A DNA stretch of 64,000 bases from Eledone cirrhosa (taxonomy: Eukaryota), in contig OZ024740.1 of NCBI GenBank assembly GCA_964016885.1, forward strand, positions 222,952,001 to 223,016,000. The letters run 5' to 3'. The notes beneath the pieces are model-generated. The model ran no database searches. It worked only from the letters and a program-made list of their open reading frames with translations, and was not told the origin of the DNA. Below, in pieces: positions 12,399 to 29,696 of this stretch (its first letter is position 1; each line of letters opens with the position of its first letter). Made by a program: the position numbers and the translations under genes.

Positions 12399-15300
12399 TC
12401 ATCATCATCATCATCATCATCATCATTTTACGTCCGCTCTTTCCTGCTTTCAAGGGTGGGACGGGTCTTATTTAGTACATCATCTCTCCACTTGTCACGG
12501 CCCTTCGTCATCTCCACCGTGAGCTTCAGCTATCTGAGGTCTGTTCTCACCACCTCCGCCCATGTTTTTCGTGGTCTACCTCTACCACGTCTTCCTTCAA
12601 CTGGCATTTCCAGGTACTTCTTCCCCCATCGGTCATCCTCCATGCGCATCACATGTCCATACCATCTCAGTCTCCTCTCCCGTACACTATATTCTATCGC
12701 TCTCAGACAAAGTTTCTCTCTCAACATATTCATGCTGGGTCGTTCATGCACATTGACACTGCACATCCAACGGAGCATGCTTGCCTCATTTCTCTCCAGC
12801 CATCGCATATGCTCTGCAGTTGCTGCCCATGTCTCACTACCATGCAGCATCACGCTCCTCATATAGGCATCATATAACCGGCCTTTGGTACGCAGGGAGA
12901 AACCCTTCTTCGTCAGCAGAGGAAGCAGGTCCCTAAACTTCTTCCAACCCATCCTTATTCTAGATACTATGGCTTCGGAACACCCTCCTCCCATGCTAAT
13001 CTGATCTCCTAGGTAGCTGAAGCTATCCACCACTTCTTTAGCACCCGCCTGCATTTGAAAAATGTGTCTTTCAATGCTACTTCTACTGTCTAATTTCCCT
13101 GTACATCTACTTCATACATATTTCTCTCTACCTGTTATTTTGCCTGCTATCCCGCTATATCTCTTGTGTACCCAGGATCTGCATTATGTGCATTTTATAG
13201 AATTTATGCCAGTTCCTTTTCTGCATATCAGACATGGCCATTTCCCTGACGGAATCAGAGTTTTGTCCTCTTTTCTACTCATCAACACTTTTTAGGTTCT
13301 CTCTCAGTCCTCTTGCTTCCAACTTCTGTTTCCATAGCCAGAATTTATTCTCCAGCTACTCTACTGATTCTGCTATAAGAACCGGATCGTCAACATAGAG
13401 AAGTTCCCATGGACAGCCAGTCTTAAACACCTCTGTTATGGCTTGGAGAACTATAATGAAGAAGAGCGGGCTGAGGTCCGAACCTTGATGTACTCCTACC
13501 TGTATCTGGAATTCCTCACTAAACTCGATTCCTACCCTGACTTTACTGACAGTACCTCTGTACAAATTTGCACTGTCCTCACAAGCCATTCCTCTACACC
13601 TAGTTTCCTTAGGGACCACCAGATGACAGATCAGGGTACCCTATCTAAGGCCTTCTCTAAGTCAACAAAAGCTAAGTATAGTAGCTTATTCTTCTCTAAG
13701 AACCTCTCTTGCAATTGTCTCGCCAAGAAGAGGGCATCCGTTGTACTTTTCCCAGGCACAAAACCAAACTGCATCACATCTAGTTTGACCCTTTCTCTAA
13801 TTAGTTGCGCTAATATCCTTTCTGCCACTTTCATGACCTGATCCATCAGTTTTATGCGCCTATAATTTCTCCTCTCCAGAGCATCCCCTTTACCTTTGTA
13901 GCAATTTATGAGAATACTGCTGCACCAGTCTTTGGGTATGACACTGCCATATATAGCGTGATTGATGATGCATGCAATCAGTTTAGTGCCCACGTCCCCT
14001 GATGCCTTCAGGATCTCTGCAACTATCCCCGACGGTCCAGTGGCCTTACCATTTTTCATTTCCTTAATCGCTTCTTGGACCCTATATTCCTCAAACTCAA
14101 TCCCTGCTCCCTTTGTCGGATCTACTGAGGATAATTTCTCTCTCTCCTATTCGTTCTCCACATTCACCAGTCTCTCATAATGACATTTCCAGGCCTCCTT
14201 TTTCTGATCATTCGTGACATTAAGTACACCGGCATCATTCCGGACACATTTATCTCCAGCAACATCCTGATTTGCATTGACACACTGCCTTGCAATGTGG
14301 AACACCGCATGCCTCTGATCTTCCCATCGCTGAACATTGGCAAACCTCCTACTCACAGCCTCCCTGCGTGCTAAGTATACATGACGTCTAGCCTCTCTCT
14401 TAGCAGCTGTATATTCTTCCCTGCCCCCACCCTTTTTCCAAGCCTTCCATGCTAGTCTTTTGTCTCTAATGGCCTTATCTACTGTGCTGTTCCAACACCA
14501 GGTCACTCTCTGTCTGATTGGAACCCTGCTCCAGCCACAATTTTCATCAGTAGCCTGCAGTAAGTTGTCACGTAAGAAATTCCAGTTATTATCTGTCATA
14601 CGCCTCTAAATCGTCTTCTTTTTCGTCATACACATCTTGAAGGGCTTTCCTAATTTTAGTGAAAGGTCTTTTAGCTTCCAGACCTTTCTTCTCCACACCT
14701 TCCTGTATGTCTAATTCCATCTCTTGCTTACTGAGATATCACTAACGACTAACCTATGCTGTGGGGTACATTCTTCCCCAGGGTATGCCTTGGTATTAGC
14801 CACTTCTGTCTGTCCTGCTGCCTAACTAGTTTAGAAGTCAATCTGGCTTATGGGCTCGTCAGATTTGTAGGTAATTAGGTGGTTGGCATGTTTCTGGAAG
14901 TTTGTGTTGCAAATAGTCAGTGTACTTGCATCACAAAATTCAAGAAGTCTCACACCTTCATCATTTCTTGAGCCGTAACCTTGCCCACCATGTACCCCAG
15001 TGCAACCATCATGGAGCTGTCCAACATGACCATTGAAGTCCCCTGCTAGCATAACGATGTCTCCGTCCTTTGTCATTGCGTTTGTTTGTAAATGTTGCTC
15101 GTAAAAGCAGTCTTTCTCATCTTTGCCTAAGCTTGCAGAGATGATTGTCAGTAGTCTCCTGCCTACAACTAATCTAAGCTTAATTATTCGATTACTAATT
15201 CGAACTACCTCTATTGTCTTATTGATCCATCTCTCAGCCAGGAAAATGCCTACTCCCCCTAACCCATCATCCTTACATATACCCAGAAAAGCTTATAGCT

Positions 15301-15467
15301 AAGATGTTTTCCTACGACTAGTCCCGCAGAGGCACCTCTCCATCCATCTCACCTCTTGCACGCAGCACGCATCCATATGCCTTCTCTCCAGTAATCCGCT
15401 ATTTCAGCATATCTACCTCTGAGAATGCCAACATTAAGTGTTGCAACTCTGAGATGAGACAACTTCA
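12399..15467 (-). mobile_element. Near full-length degenerate RTE-clade LINE
   Basis: LRVATLNVG, AGDFNGHVG (EN); KATGPSG, DLEKALDRVP, VHQGSDLSP, LLYVDD (RT); [13 protein letters not shown]-terminus; (GAT)n tail; many stops/frameshifts. Confidence 0.92.
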
Positions 15468-15689
15468 TATTTTGTTGTTGTTCCTATATATGTGTTGCTG
15501 TGCTGATAAGCGTTTTGGCATTGATATACTGGTTGGATGCCCTTCCTAACACCAGAGCCACTTTACAGCATGGACTGTGTGCTTTTATTTGTGCCAGAAG
15601 CACTAGAGAGGATGTCTTACTAGAGTCAAGGGCCCTCTCTACCCCTCCATTTTACAGCATGGTCATAAAAAAAAACCCTACTTATTGTC

Positions 15690-15858
15690 ACGACACGCAC
15701 ACACACACACACTCACACACCAACACTCATGCATAAAAACTACAAACACACACGCCACTCACACACCATCACTCATGCATACAAACACACACACCACTCA
15801 CATACATACATACATACATACATACATACATACATACATACATACATACATACATACA

Positions 15859-15889
<31 letters not shown>

Positions 15890-16215
15890 CTATATTACCG
15901 GCAGTAATGATACAAAATCAAAATCATGTCAACTGTTGACTTTTCCCAGTCCAGTTCAGTTTTTATATAATAATAATAATAATTGTTTGCTTTACGCTGG
16001 TGATGGTGGGGGTGGTGGATGGTGTCAGTGATGGTGATAATGGTTGTGATGGATGGTGTCAGTGATGGTGGTGGTGGTGGTGGATGTTGTCAGATGTTGT
16101 CAGTGATGGTGGTGTGGTAGTGGTGGAGGTGAATGTTGTGGATGGTGTTTGTGATGGTGATGTGGTGGTGGTGGTGGTGGTGGATGGTGACTGATGGTGG
16201 CGATGGGGTGACTGA
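15690..16215. repeat. (CA)n, (TACA)n and (GGT/GAT)n simple repeats
   Basis: Direct inspection. Confidence 0.9.
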
Positions 16216-16219
16216 TATT

Positions 16220-16341
<122 letters not shown>

Positions 16342-16387
16342 ATTATATATATATATATTATTATATATATAAATTATATATATATAT

Positions 16388-17248
16388 TAGTATGTACACG
16401 TACATACATATATGTATACAGACGTACAGTAGTATGTATATATATATACATACATGCACACACATATATATGTACGTATGGTTTCAGCGAACATTTATTA
16501 TAATGCTCGGTGTGTTTGTAAACAAACATCCCGTATTAAGCCGTAGTGTCTAGCAACCATCGTTGCTCGTTTGTTCAACACTGACAAAGGAACGCTGTAC
16601 TAGTTTCAAGTTTATTAGCTATCGTCAGCAACGTATACCTTCCTGCCAGATTGTTGAACGTATATACTTACCTTATGCATATTAACGGCTGAGTAGTCTA
16701 ATTTGCATATCGAGTGGGTTAATCGGCCGAGTGCACCGAAAACGATAAACGGAAAAAATGAAACGAAATTTCATTTCCCAATCTTAGTACGGCTGTTACT
16801 TAAATATAAGTATGTACACGTACATACACATATGTATACAGACGTACAGTAGTATGTATATATATATATATACATACATGCGCACATATATATATGTACG
16901 TATGTATTCACCGAACATTTATTATAATGCTCGGTGTGTTTGTAAACAAACATCCCGTATTTAGCCGTAGTGTCTAGCAACCATCTTTGCTTGTTTGTTC
17001 AACACTGACAAAGGAACGCTGTACTAGTTTCAAGCTTATTAGCTATCATCAGCAACGTATACCTTCTTGCCAGATTGTTGAACGTATATACTTACGTTAT
17101 GCATATTAACGACTGAGTAGCCCAATTTGCATATGGAGTGGGTTAATTGGCCGCGTGCACCGAAAACGATAAACGGAAAAAATGAAACGAAATTTCATTC
17201 CCCTACTAAGAGTGGGAAATGAAATTTCGTTTCATTTTTTCCGTTTAT
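16388..17248 (-). mobile_element. Family A tandem dimer (424-bp period) with a short terminal fold-back
   Basis: HHRs at 16593-16633(-) and 17017-17057(-); 17168-17248 is a hairpin. Confidence 0.85.
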
Positions 17249-17320
17249 ATATATATATTATATATATATATATTTATATATATATATTATATATATATAT
17301 ATTTATATATATATATATAG

Positions 17321-19815
<2,495 letters not shown>

Positions 19816-19874
19816 GAAGTGAGAAGAAACATTTAGATATAATTAGTAATAAAATGTATCATACCTAAACTGTT

Positions 19875-20007
<133 letters not shown>

Positions 20008-20019
20008 TATATATATATC

Positions 20020-20158
<139 letters not shown>

Positions 20159-20186
20159 TATATATAATATATATAATATATATATA

Positions 20187-20262
<76 letters not shown>

Positions 20263-20263
<1 letters not shown>

Positions 20264-20463
20264 GCGAAGGAAAAGTAGTAAGGAACCAGGCGGACCATAA
20301 CGCACCAAAGTACTCAATACTTAGGGTAGTAGAGTGGGTAATAGGAGTAAGTAAGACCCCGACGGCTGATCTCAAGCCGTATCGACGGCTAATTCTGTCG
20401 AATTAGCCGTCGAAAATTAGCCGTCGAAACGGCTTGAGCTCAGCCGTCGGGGTCTTACTTACT

Positions 20464-20467
<4 letters not shown>
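20263..20467. mobile_element. Family F fold-back pLTR hairpin
   Basis: 20341-20467 is a near-perfect palindrome containing an HHR 3' half, GAAA cggc(ttgagctca)gccg TC gggg; homologous to 33290-33482. Confidence 0.75.
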
Positions 20468-20522
<55 letters not shown>

Positions 20523-20525
<3 letters not shown>

Positions 20526-21038
20526 TTGAAATAAAATGAAAACGAAATTTCATTTCTCACTCTTAGTATGGCACTTACTTAAATGTAAGTATCTATGTAT
20601 ACGTACATACATATATGTATACAGATGTACAGTAGCATGCATATATATATATATATATATACACATATATATACATACAGGTACACATACATATATGCAC
20701 GCATCAGCCGTTAATTTTCTTAAGGAAAGTATATACTTTCGAACGTTCAACTATCTGGCAGATGGGTATACGGTGCTGATGATAGCTAACAAGCATGAAA
20801 CTAGTACATCGTTCCTGTGTCAGTGTTGAACAAAAAGGTGACGTGGTTGCCTTAACACCGTATGGCATAAATTCAGGCTGTTCAGTTTGTTTACAAACGA
20901 ACAAAGCGGCGTTATAATAAGCGTCCGCTAAACTGATGCGTGCATATATGTATGTGTACCTGTATGTATATATATGTATATATATGCATGCTACTGTACA
21001 TCTGTATATATATATGTATATACGTATACATACATACT

Positions 21039-21040
<2 letters not shown>
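20523..21040. mobile_element. Family B (A-related) HHR repeat with inverted arm
   Basis: HHR cggtg CTGATGA tagctaacaagcat GAAA ctag TA catcg at 20771-20811(+). Confidence 0.8.
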
Positions 21041-21094
<54 letters not shown>

Positions 21095-21097
<3 letters not shown>

Positions 21098-21254
21098 ATA
21101 TATATGATGTAGATATAGAGGCGTAGGTAACAACATAGATAGCAATAATAATAGTCTTACCTTGGGAACAAGAAGGGACTGCGACCGAAATTGCAACTGC
21201 CGTTATAGGGGACGCTGCCCTCTTAGAGGAAATTGCCTGATTGATAAGGTTATT

Positions 21255-21256
<2 letters not shown>
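21095..21256 (+). pseudogene. Small Naiad-type PLE fragment (Cys-rich linker before GIY-YIG)
   Basis: [22 protein letters not shown]. Confidence 0.75.
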
Positions 21257-21346
<90 letters not shown>

Positions 21347-21386
21347 CATATATATATATATATATATTTATATATACATATACATT

Positions 21387-21438
<52 letters not shown>

Positions 21439-21527
21439 CATATACATATTTATTTATATATACATATTTATACATATATATTTATATATACATACATATA
21501 TATATATTTATATATACATATATATAT

Positions 21528-21572
<45 letters not shown>

Positions 21573-21581
21573 CATATATAT

Positions 21582-21800
21582 ATCATCATCATCATCATCA
21601 TTTTACGTCCGCTTTTCCCTGCTTGCACGGGTGGGACGGTCTTATTCAGCACAGCATCTCTCCACTCGTCATGGTCATCTCCACCGTGAGCTTCAATGAT
21701 CTGAGATCTGTTCTCACCACCCCCGCCCATGTTTTTCGTGGTCTACCTCTACCACGTCTTCCTTCAACTGGCCTTTCCTGGCACTTCTTCACCCATCGGT
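21582..21800 (-). mobile_element. RTE LINE 3' fragment, same family as 12399-15467
   Basis: (GAT)n tail and close similarity to 12399-12633. Confidence 0.9.
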
Positions 21801-21864
21801 ATATACATGTATATATAATATATATACATATATATATACATATATATATATTTATATATATTTT

Positions 21865-21951
<87 letters not shown>

Positions 21952-21965
21952 ATAAATATATCTAT

Positions 21966-23730
21966 TTAGGGCGGATAAAATTCTTGAGATCCATGGACAA
22001 TTTCTCTCCAGTGGTCTCTGTCCTTCATCATTGCTGCTATGTCCTGCATCTCCCAGAGACCAGTGTCTATCCTTATGGTATCAGTATATGTCATTCTTGG
22101 TCCCCCTTTTCTAGTGTGTCTGTGTAGGGGCTCCCACAGGACCACTGAGTTCAGTGTCAACTCTGAATGTCAGCTCTGAGTTCTTCATCCTCAGTGTATA
22201 CTGATTAATGTTCAGAGCAATCCTCAGCATTCTCGTGTAGCACCCATCCTTCATCTGAGTGAGTTTCTTGGTCAGTATCCAAGTATCAGACCCATACAGC
22301 AACACAAACTCCACTGTAGCTCTGAAGAGACAGATTTTCATGTCTTTACGAATGTCCGACTCACACACCGATCTCAAACTATGGCACGCCGCCCTGGCTT
22401 TGCTCTTCCTCTCAACCATATCATCTTCTGTGTTCCCAATCTTTGCTCCAAGATATAGAAGTCCTCAACCAACTCTAGCGGCTTCCCCCCTACATTCTTT
22501 ATCTTCTCTGGCTTCTTAACATTCTCTACCAGATACTTCATCTTACTCTCATTCATTCTCACCCCCACACTCATTGACACAATCTCCACCACCTGCATCA
22601 ACTCCTCTGCCTCCTTTACTGTGTTTGTCACCAGAATTATGTCATCAGAAAATTCAACATCTGATATCTTTTTAGCCTTAACTCTCCTGCTCTGAGCCAG
22701 TGCTACAGTAAAGCCAGATTCCTGGTGTTTCTCAAGTGCAAGGTGCATACAATAGTCCACTCACTCAGATTCAGACTCAGAAGCTCCCGCGTATTGTGAC
22801 GCATGAGGCAATCATAGTGTTCCATCGCGTTCGGTCAGCAGCCATTTGCACAGCGTCCCGCCATTGTCTGTTTGTCGCTCGCAGGTCCCTCTCAACTGTC
22901 TGGCGCCAGTTCATATTGGGTCGCCCTCTCCGTCTGCTTCCCTGTGGGCTCCATTTAAGTACTTGGTTCGCCAGTCTCTCTGGGGGAAGTCTCTAGTCAG
23001 TATCTCAAAGAACTCCATCATCCCGTCAGGTGTAATGACTTGGGCTCTGGTGTTGGTGTAGTGCAGTAATATTAGGTCCACTATCTTCTTGGGGATTCCA
23101 TAATCCTGTAAGATCTTCAAAAGACAGTGATGGTTCACAGAATAAAAAGCCTTCCTAAAGTCAATGAAAACCATGACAGCAGGAAGGCTCTTTTCTCTAG
23201 CTCCCCTTAATATCCTCCTCAGCATCAGGATATAACTGATGGTTGATCTTCCCTCTCTGAAGCCGTTCTGGTTGTCCCTGAGCTTCTTATCCATCTCGGG
23301 CTGGATCCTGTTAAGAATCATCCTATTGAATGTCTTTGCCACATGTGACGTTAGTGACATAGCTGTTGGTGTTAGAGATATCTTCCTTCTTTGGCACTGG
23401 GACAATGTTACTGATTCTTCACTGATTTGGGGCAACTCCTTTTTCCAGTGCCTGGTTACAGAACTCCAAGACGATATCATCAAAATCACACCTCTTCATC
23501 ACCTTTGTTGCCACTCCATCTCTGTGGGCGTTGCCCTCCTTGATCATCTTCTTAGCTCTCTGAAGCTCCTCTGTGGTGAAGGGTCCTGTCTCAATATCCA
23601 GTTCCTCAAATAGCTGTCTGATCTCCACAGTGTTCTGTGTTGTGGAAGGCGGCTCTCTTACCAGGATCTTAAAATGGTCCAGCCATTTCCTCCTCTTATC
23701 TTCAGGCCTTGTTCCCAGGACCTGACTCGA
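21966..23730 (-). mobile_element. 5'-truncated RTE/RTEX-like LINE
   Basis: NQNGFREGRST, FIDFRKAFYSV, EFSDDI, LLYGSDTW, LWEP..GGPRMTY. Confidence 0.88.
22761..22994 (-). mobile_element. Nested 3' end of a different RTE LINE
   Basis: Minus strand encodes WSPQGSRRRGRPNMNWRQTVERDL...RTRW...RGSF*, followed by a (ctgagt)-like tail. Confidence 0.8.
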
Positions 23731-23753
23731 ACGTAATACATATATGTATTTGT

Positions 23754-23784
<31 letters not shown>

Positions 23785-23913
23785 ATATCTATCTTTATAT
23801 ATATACATATATCTATTTCTATCTTTATATATATACATACATCTATTTCTATCTTTATTTATATATATATATCCATATATATCTTTATATATATTCATAT
23901 ATCCATTTCTATC

Positions 23914-23946
<33 letters not shown>

Positions 23947-24579
23947 CCATATCTATCTTTATATGATATTTATATATATAAGACATGGTTATTATATTGA
24001 TACATATGTGCATATATGAGTGTAAATCAAAGTCATAATAATGAAATTTTGTTGTTAGATTTTCCTTTGATTTGCTAATTGTATAGGCTGAAATGCTTTT
24101 ACAACTACGTTTGTTGCAAATATGGATGAATAACATTATTTTATTTGGCAGAATTTACTATTTACAAATTTGATTTTTATTACTTAGTATCATATATACA
24201 TATCTTCATATATTCAGTCTTATCATCATCATCTTTACCACCAGTTCCACCACTACCTTCACTACCACAACCAGCATCATCATCAACTTGCTGCCTTAAA
24301 TTATTATGGTTGTTGACATCATTGTCATCATAATCATCTGCATCACTACCACCAATATCAGCCTCATACCATCGCTATCATCACTATTACATCTGGTGCC
24401 TTGGTGTATTATTGTTGTTGCCATCAACCACATTATCAGCAAAACCACCACCACCACCACCACCACCACAGCCATCATCACTGTTGTTGTAATCAAATAC
24501 AGTTGTAAAACTTATCCAACACAGCTAGCAAAGTTAGATAATAGCTTTCCCACAAAGTTAGTTTTATGTCATATATATT

Positions 24580-24766
24580 TGTTTCTACTTTTGGCACAAG
24601 GCCAGCAATTATCGGAGTGTATTACTGGTACTTTATTTTATCGACCCCCGTAAAAATGAAAGCAAAGTTAACCTTGGCGGGATTTGAACTCATACCATAA
24701 ATGGCCGTAACTCTTTGCTGCAAAGCATGGCGTCCGACCCTCTACCGATACTGCCAATCCACCCCC
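24580..24766 (-). mobile_element. tRNA-derived SINE with Deu/Nin-like central domain
   Basis: A box TGGCAGTATCGG, B box GAGTTCAAATCC, then ...ggggtcgataaaataaagtaccag. Confidence 0.8.
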
Positions 24767-25434
24767 TCTGGCTTATGTCATATATATTATATATACATTA
24801 TATATATTTGGTATACAAGGGTGCAGTTCACTTGAAGCACTCGGCATCATATTACTTTTTAAAAATAAGGTTGATGGAGTATATTTATAAAGATGAAAAT
24901 GCGAAGTTGTAGATGTTAGAGTCTTTATTAATTCAGCCATTATTCATATTTCCATGATCATAGATAGCGTGATTTCTCCAGACAGCAAAATTGAGTAAAA
25001 GGTAACATTTCCGTGGCAATTATGAATAGAAGGGAGCGGACTAAAAATTAAAAGTATGTTTCTCCGCTCCCTAGTAACTTACAGAACCTCCCAACAGCTT
25101 TGCGCAGACACAGAGGTGTAGAAGGCTGACCACTCAACTACCACCCAGAATACTACTAACCTTAGTTGTTCTCTCTACCCCCCCCCCCCCCCCCCGAAAA
25201 AAAACTTGTTTACTGTTAAGTTTGGTGTCCAGCAGTACTCCCGTGCATGAGAACCCACTACGCACTTATGATGGGAGAATATACTGAGCATCAACCACAA
25301 AGCAAGAATATTACCCAATGTTATGGCTGATATAAATTATATCTAAACTATAATAAAGGAATGTCTGCGGGATCGCATACGGTTTTTTTTTTATCCCGTT
25401 AGTAAAATAAGTTGGATTACTTTGAATAAATAAT

Positions 25435-25636
25435 TGTTTCTACTTTAGGCATAAGGCCAGCATTGGCACAAGGTCAGCAAATACCCAGTGCATTACTGGT
25501 ACTTTATTTTATCGACCCCGTAAGGATGAAAGGTAAAGTCAACCTCGGCGGGATTTGAACTCAGATCGTAAAAGGACGTAACTATGCTGGAAAGCATGGT
25601 GTCCGACCCTCTACCGATACTGCCAATCCACCGCCC
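25435..25636 (-). mobile_element. Same SINE family
   Basis: Near-identical to 24580-24766 and 63423-63588. Confidence 0.8.
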
Positions 25637-26080
25637 TTACTTTGAATAAATAATGAATGAATATTACATAATTTATCTACTAAATTTCGTAAACAAAAAT
25701 AATTTCGTAAAAATAAATAATTTAAAATTGACTTCTTTTCAAATTTGCACTTCTGGTATATCGTTGCCACCACCACTTCAACTACCATATATATAGAAAG
25801 AGAGAGTGTGTGATGTCAACACTTCCGGTGGCAATCGCTTAAATAAACATACTAATTTTCTGTCACTAATTTTCTCCTAATGCAGTTTATATATAATATC
25901 GTCTTTTTTAATGTATCATTAATTACGTTACTGATTACATAAAACAGTGTAACGCAGTCTTTGTTCAATTTCTGTGTATATTGTCAACTACGATTTTATT
26001 TCATGTATCATATCTACATGTATATATACCTGTGTATAATATCAATATACACACCACACATGCTAGCAGAAACCCACCCG

Positions 26081-26332
26081 AAGGGTGGTTTTTCTGCTCG
26101 TATATACTATAATTCAAGCAAGTTTTGCAGCGTGAGGACCAGAAACAAGACGTGTTCAGGATGGCGAAGCAGTGTGTTAGAGAGAATTGCAATGTCATTG
26201 GTGAGAAGTGTGTCCAGGATGATAATGGTGCACTTGCCCACACAGGTGCTGAGAAGAAAGATGCATTGAGGGTCAAACCTGTCTAACCCCTGCTAGCGTG
26301 GAAGATGGACGTTAAACAGTGATGATGATGAT
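26081..26332 (+). mobile_element. Internally deleted RTE (linker segment fused to 3' tail)
   Basis: LQREDQKQDVFRMAKQCVRENCNVIGEK (cf. 28930-29065) joined to a 3' UTR and (GAT)n tail (cf. 26985-27050). Confidence 0.75.
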
Positions 26333-26984
26333 ATTTATATATGTAAAAAGTAAATAGTAATAACAAAGCAAACAACACAGTACATTGAAAAATATATTAG
26401 TTTAGTACTTGAAATAACAGGAAATGTGTCTTAATGTTTTTGACATTAGTCCTTTATCAAAAGATATAATTAAAAATAAAAGATGAAATAGAAAGAGTCA
26501 GAAGAAGAAGGGATGTAAAATATATATGGAGTGGACTTTGGTTGTGAAAACATTATTTATGTCCATTTCCTTGTCTTTAGATTGGATTGTCTTGGAAACT
26601 TAACCTTATTACATAAGATGCTGTCTGATGGTATTGCATGACTGGTTGTATGATTGAACAATCACATAGCCACAATTATCTTTGAAATATGTATCACAGC
26701 TTCGTTAATAAAGGACTTTTTAACATCTACACCAAACTTCACATTTTCCTTATTCTACATATACTCCATCACTGACTGACAAATCATATTTGGAAGAAAA
26801 CACATGACATGAGTGCTGAAAACAAATTGTTTCATTATTCCTTGATTTGTGCATTCCATATGCAAATCCAATTAGTCAATATGTTTACATAATTATATAT
26901 ATATAGAGATGCATCTTGTAAATGTGATTGGCATCATATATATATATATATATATTATTGAGTGAAATGACAGGAGGCCGGACT

Positions 26985-29643
26985 TCATCATCATCATCAT
27001 CATCACCGTTTTACGTCCGTTCTTCCATGCTAGCATGAGTTAGACAGGTTGTCCTGTTGTGGGCAGTGTCTGGTCGGCTGACCATGCCTTGCTCATACAG
27101 GAACTGATTTTGGCTTGATTTCTACAACTGGATGCCCTTCCTAACACCAACCTCATTTACAGTGAGTGCTGGGTGCTTTTTTCTGTGGTGCCTACACATC
27201 CACTTTACCGTGTGGGCTGGGTGCTTTTTTGCCGTGGCACCTCCACGACCACTTTGCAGTGGTCTTGGAGGTGCATATAGACAATATTGTCTATATGCTT
27301 CAGCTTGTACCCATCGGAGGTCGGGTACGCTGTATTACTGCATGACGCCAGAGATCACGGTCGTGTGTCATCGCCTTTGAGAGGTGTAATTGGGTAAGGT
27401 CAGCTTTTATCACCTCATCCCAGGTCTTCTTGGGTCGCCCCACTCCGCGGTTTCAACTGACTTCTAGTGCTCTGCACCTTTTTATGCAGCTGTCATCCTT
27501 CATACGCATCACATGTCTATACCAACGCAACCGCCCTCCTGCACACAGCATTTGATTCCTCTTATGTTCAGTCTCTCTCTCAATTGATTTATGCTTTGAC
27601 GTTCGCGTATATTACTATTACACATCCATCGGAGCATGCAGGCTTCGTTTCTTTCTAATCTACGTAAGTCTTCCACCTTCAGCGCCCAGGTCTCACTACC
27701 ATGTAACATTGCTGTTCGTATACACGCATCATACAGTCTGCCTTTCATTTTGAGGGAAAAGCCTTTTGCAGCTAGCAGTGGCAGTAGTCCCCTGAACTTC
27801 TTCCATCTCGTTCTTACCCTAGTTATTGTACTTTCTGAACACCCACCTCCGCTGCTAATTCGGTCACCTAGGTAGCAGAAGCTGTCTACTGTTTCTACAG
27901 AGCCCTCCCAGAGATTGGTGGTACTTGTTTCCTGTGGCTGTTTGCTGCTTGCTGTCCCAGCACAGCTGCTATATGTGAAGCCCACATTCTTAATTTAAGC
28001 TTCCTGAGATCCCGCTACATCTCTTGTGTACCCATTGTTTGAAGTTGGCGCAGAGAATGGAGTTCCCACCTACACCTTTCCTACATACTGAGCAAGGCTA
28101 TTTCTCTGAGGGGATCTGGGTTCTGTTTTCTAGTCTACTCACAAAGACCCTAGCCTTTGTCAGGTTGACTTTGAGACCCTTTCTTTCTAGTCACTGCTTC
28201 CAAGTTTGGAATTTCTTCTCTAGTTCTACCATAGATTCTGCTATAAGTGCGAGATCATCTGCATACAGGAGTTCCCATGGGCATCCGGTCTTAAACTCCT
28301 CCGTTATTGCCTGCAGGACTATGATGAACAGGAGAGGGCTAAATTGCTCGCTATACGCTAAATTCCTCGCTATACCCACCAGATTATAGCACGTGGAACT
28401 CTGTCAAAGGCTTTCTCGAGATTGACGAATGCCAGGTAGAGAGGCTTACTTTTAGCTAGGTACTTTTGCTGTAACTGCCTCACAAGGAAGAAGGCATCAG
28501 TGGTGCCTCTTCCTGGTACAAACCCAAATTGCATCTCATCTAGTTTCACCTGGTCCCTAATCAACTGTGCTATAACTCTTTCTGTTAATTCTATGACCTG
28601 GTTCATCAGCTTCATACCTCTATAGTTTCCTCTATCTAGTGCATCACCTTTAACTTTGTAACAGTTGACAATGATGCTACTGCACCAATCTTTTGGTATG
28701 ACACCTTCTAGTATTACCTGGTTAACAATACGTGTGGTTATAGTGACCTACAGCCCCAGATGCCTTCAGCATTTCGGCAGCTATACCCGATGGACCGCTT
28801 GCCTTCCCCATCTTCATATATTTGATTGCCTTACTTACTACGCTGCTGCTGACTTGTACTGCTCGCCCCTCTATAGGGTCTCTTCTTCCCATGCATTCTC
28901 CTCATTTAGTAATCTATCATAATGGCTGTTCCATGCATCTTTCTTCTCTGCACTTGTGAGGGCAAGCTCACCTTTATCACTCTCCAATGACATCACAATT
29001 CTCTCTGACACACTGCCTCGCAATCTTGAACACCTCCTGTTTCTGGTCCTCACGTTGCAAAACATGCTTGAATTTTCTATCCTCTGCTTCCCTCCTAGCT
29101 AAGTATACTTGTCGCCTAGCTTCCCTCTTGGTCTCTATGTAATGTACCCTGCTTCCCCCGTTCTTCCATTCTTTCCATGCCTGTCTCTTGGCCTGAACTA
29201 CCTCATCTACCTCATTGTTCCACCACCAAGTCACTCTCCTCCTGCTTGTGGTCTTACTCCAGCCACAGATCTCAGCCGTCGCCTCTAGTAAGTTATATTT
29301 TAGGAACTCCCAGTGCTCTTATACATTGAATGCTCCTATCTGTTCTTCTTTACTGTCTTAGGCGTTGAGTAAAATATCTTTAAATCTGTTACTGGCTGAG
29401 GAGTCTTTCAGCTTCCAGATCTTTCTTCTCCAGGTTGGCCTCTGTTTCCAGGTTCGTCTAGTTCTGACTGTGAGGTCGCTGACAACTAAGCTATGTTGGG
29501 AGGTACATTCCTCACTAGGGAAGGCTTTTGTATTTACGACCATCCATCTGATGAGGATAACATCTATCTGACTAGAATGCTCCCCTGATCTATAGGTGAT
29601 CAGGTGGTTGTTGGGTTTTTTGAAGTTCGTGTTAGATATCGAC
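26985..29643 (-). mobile_element. 5'-truncated degenerate RTE LINE
   Basis: QFGFVPGRGTTDA, NLEKAFDRVP, ELLYADDL, MLHGSETW, (GAT)n tail. Confidence 0.92.
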
Positions 29644-29645
29644 AT

Positions 29646-29694
<49 letters not shown>

Positions 29695-29696
<2 letters not shown>

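Noticed and set aside
24215-24500. Poly-Thr/Val/Ser ORFs
   Set aside because: (ACC)n/(ATC)n low-complexity sequence with no splice or homology support
26609-26671. gctgt CTGATGG...GAAC...atagc hammerhead-like segment
   Set aside because: Several core positions are altered and there is a single copy; at best a decayed relic
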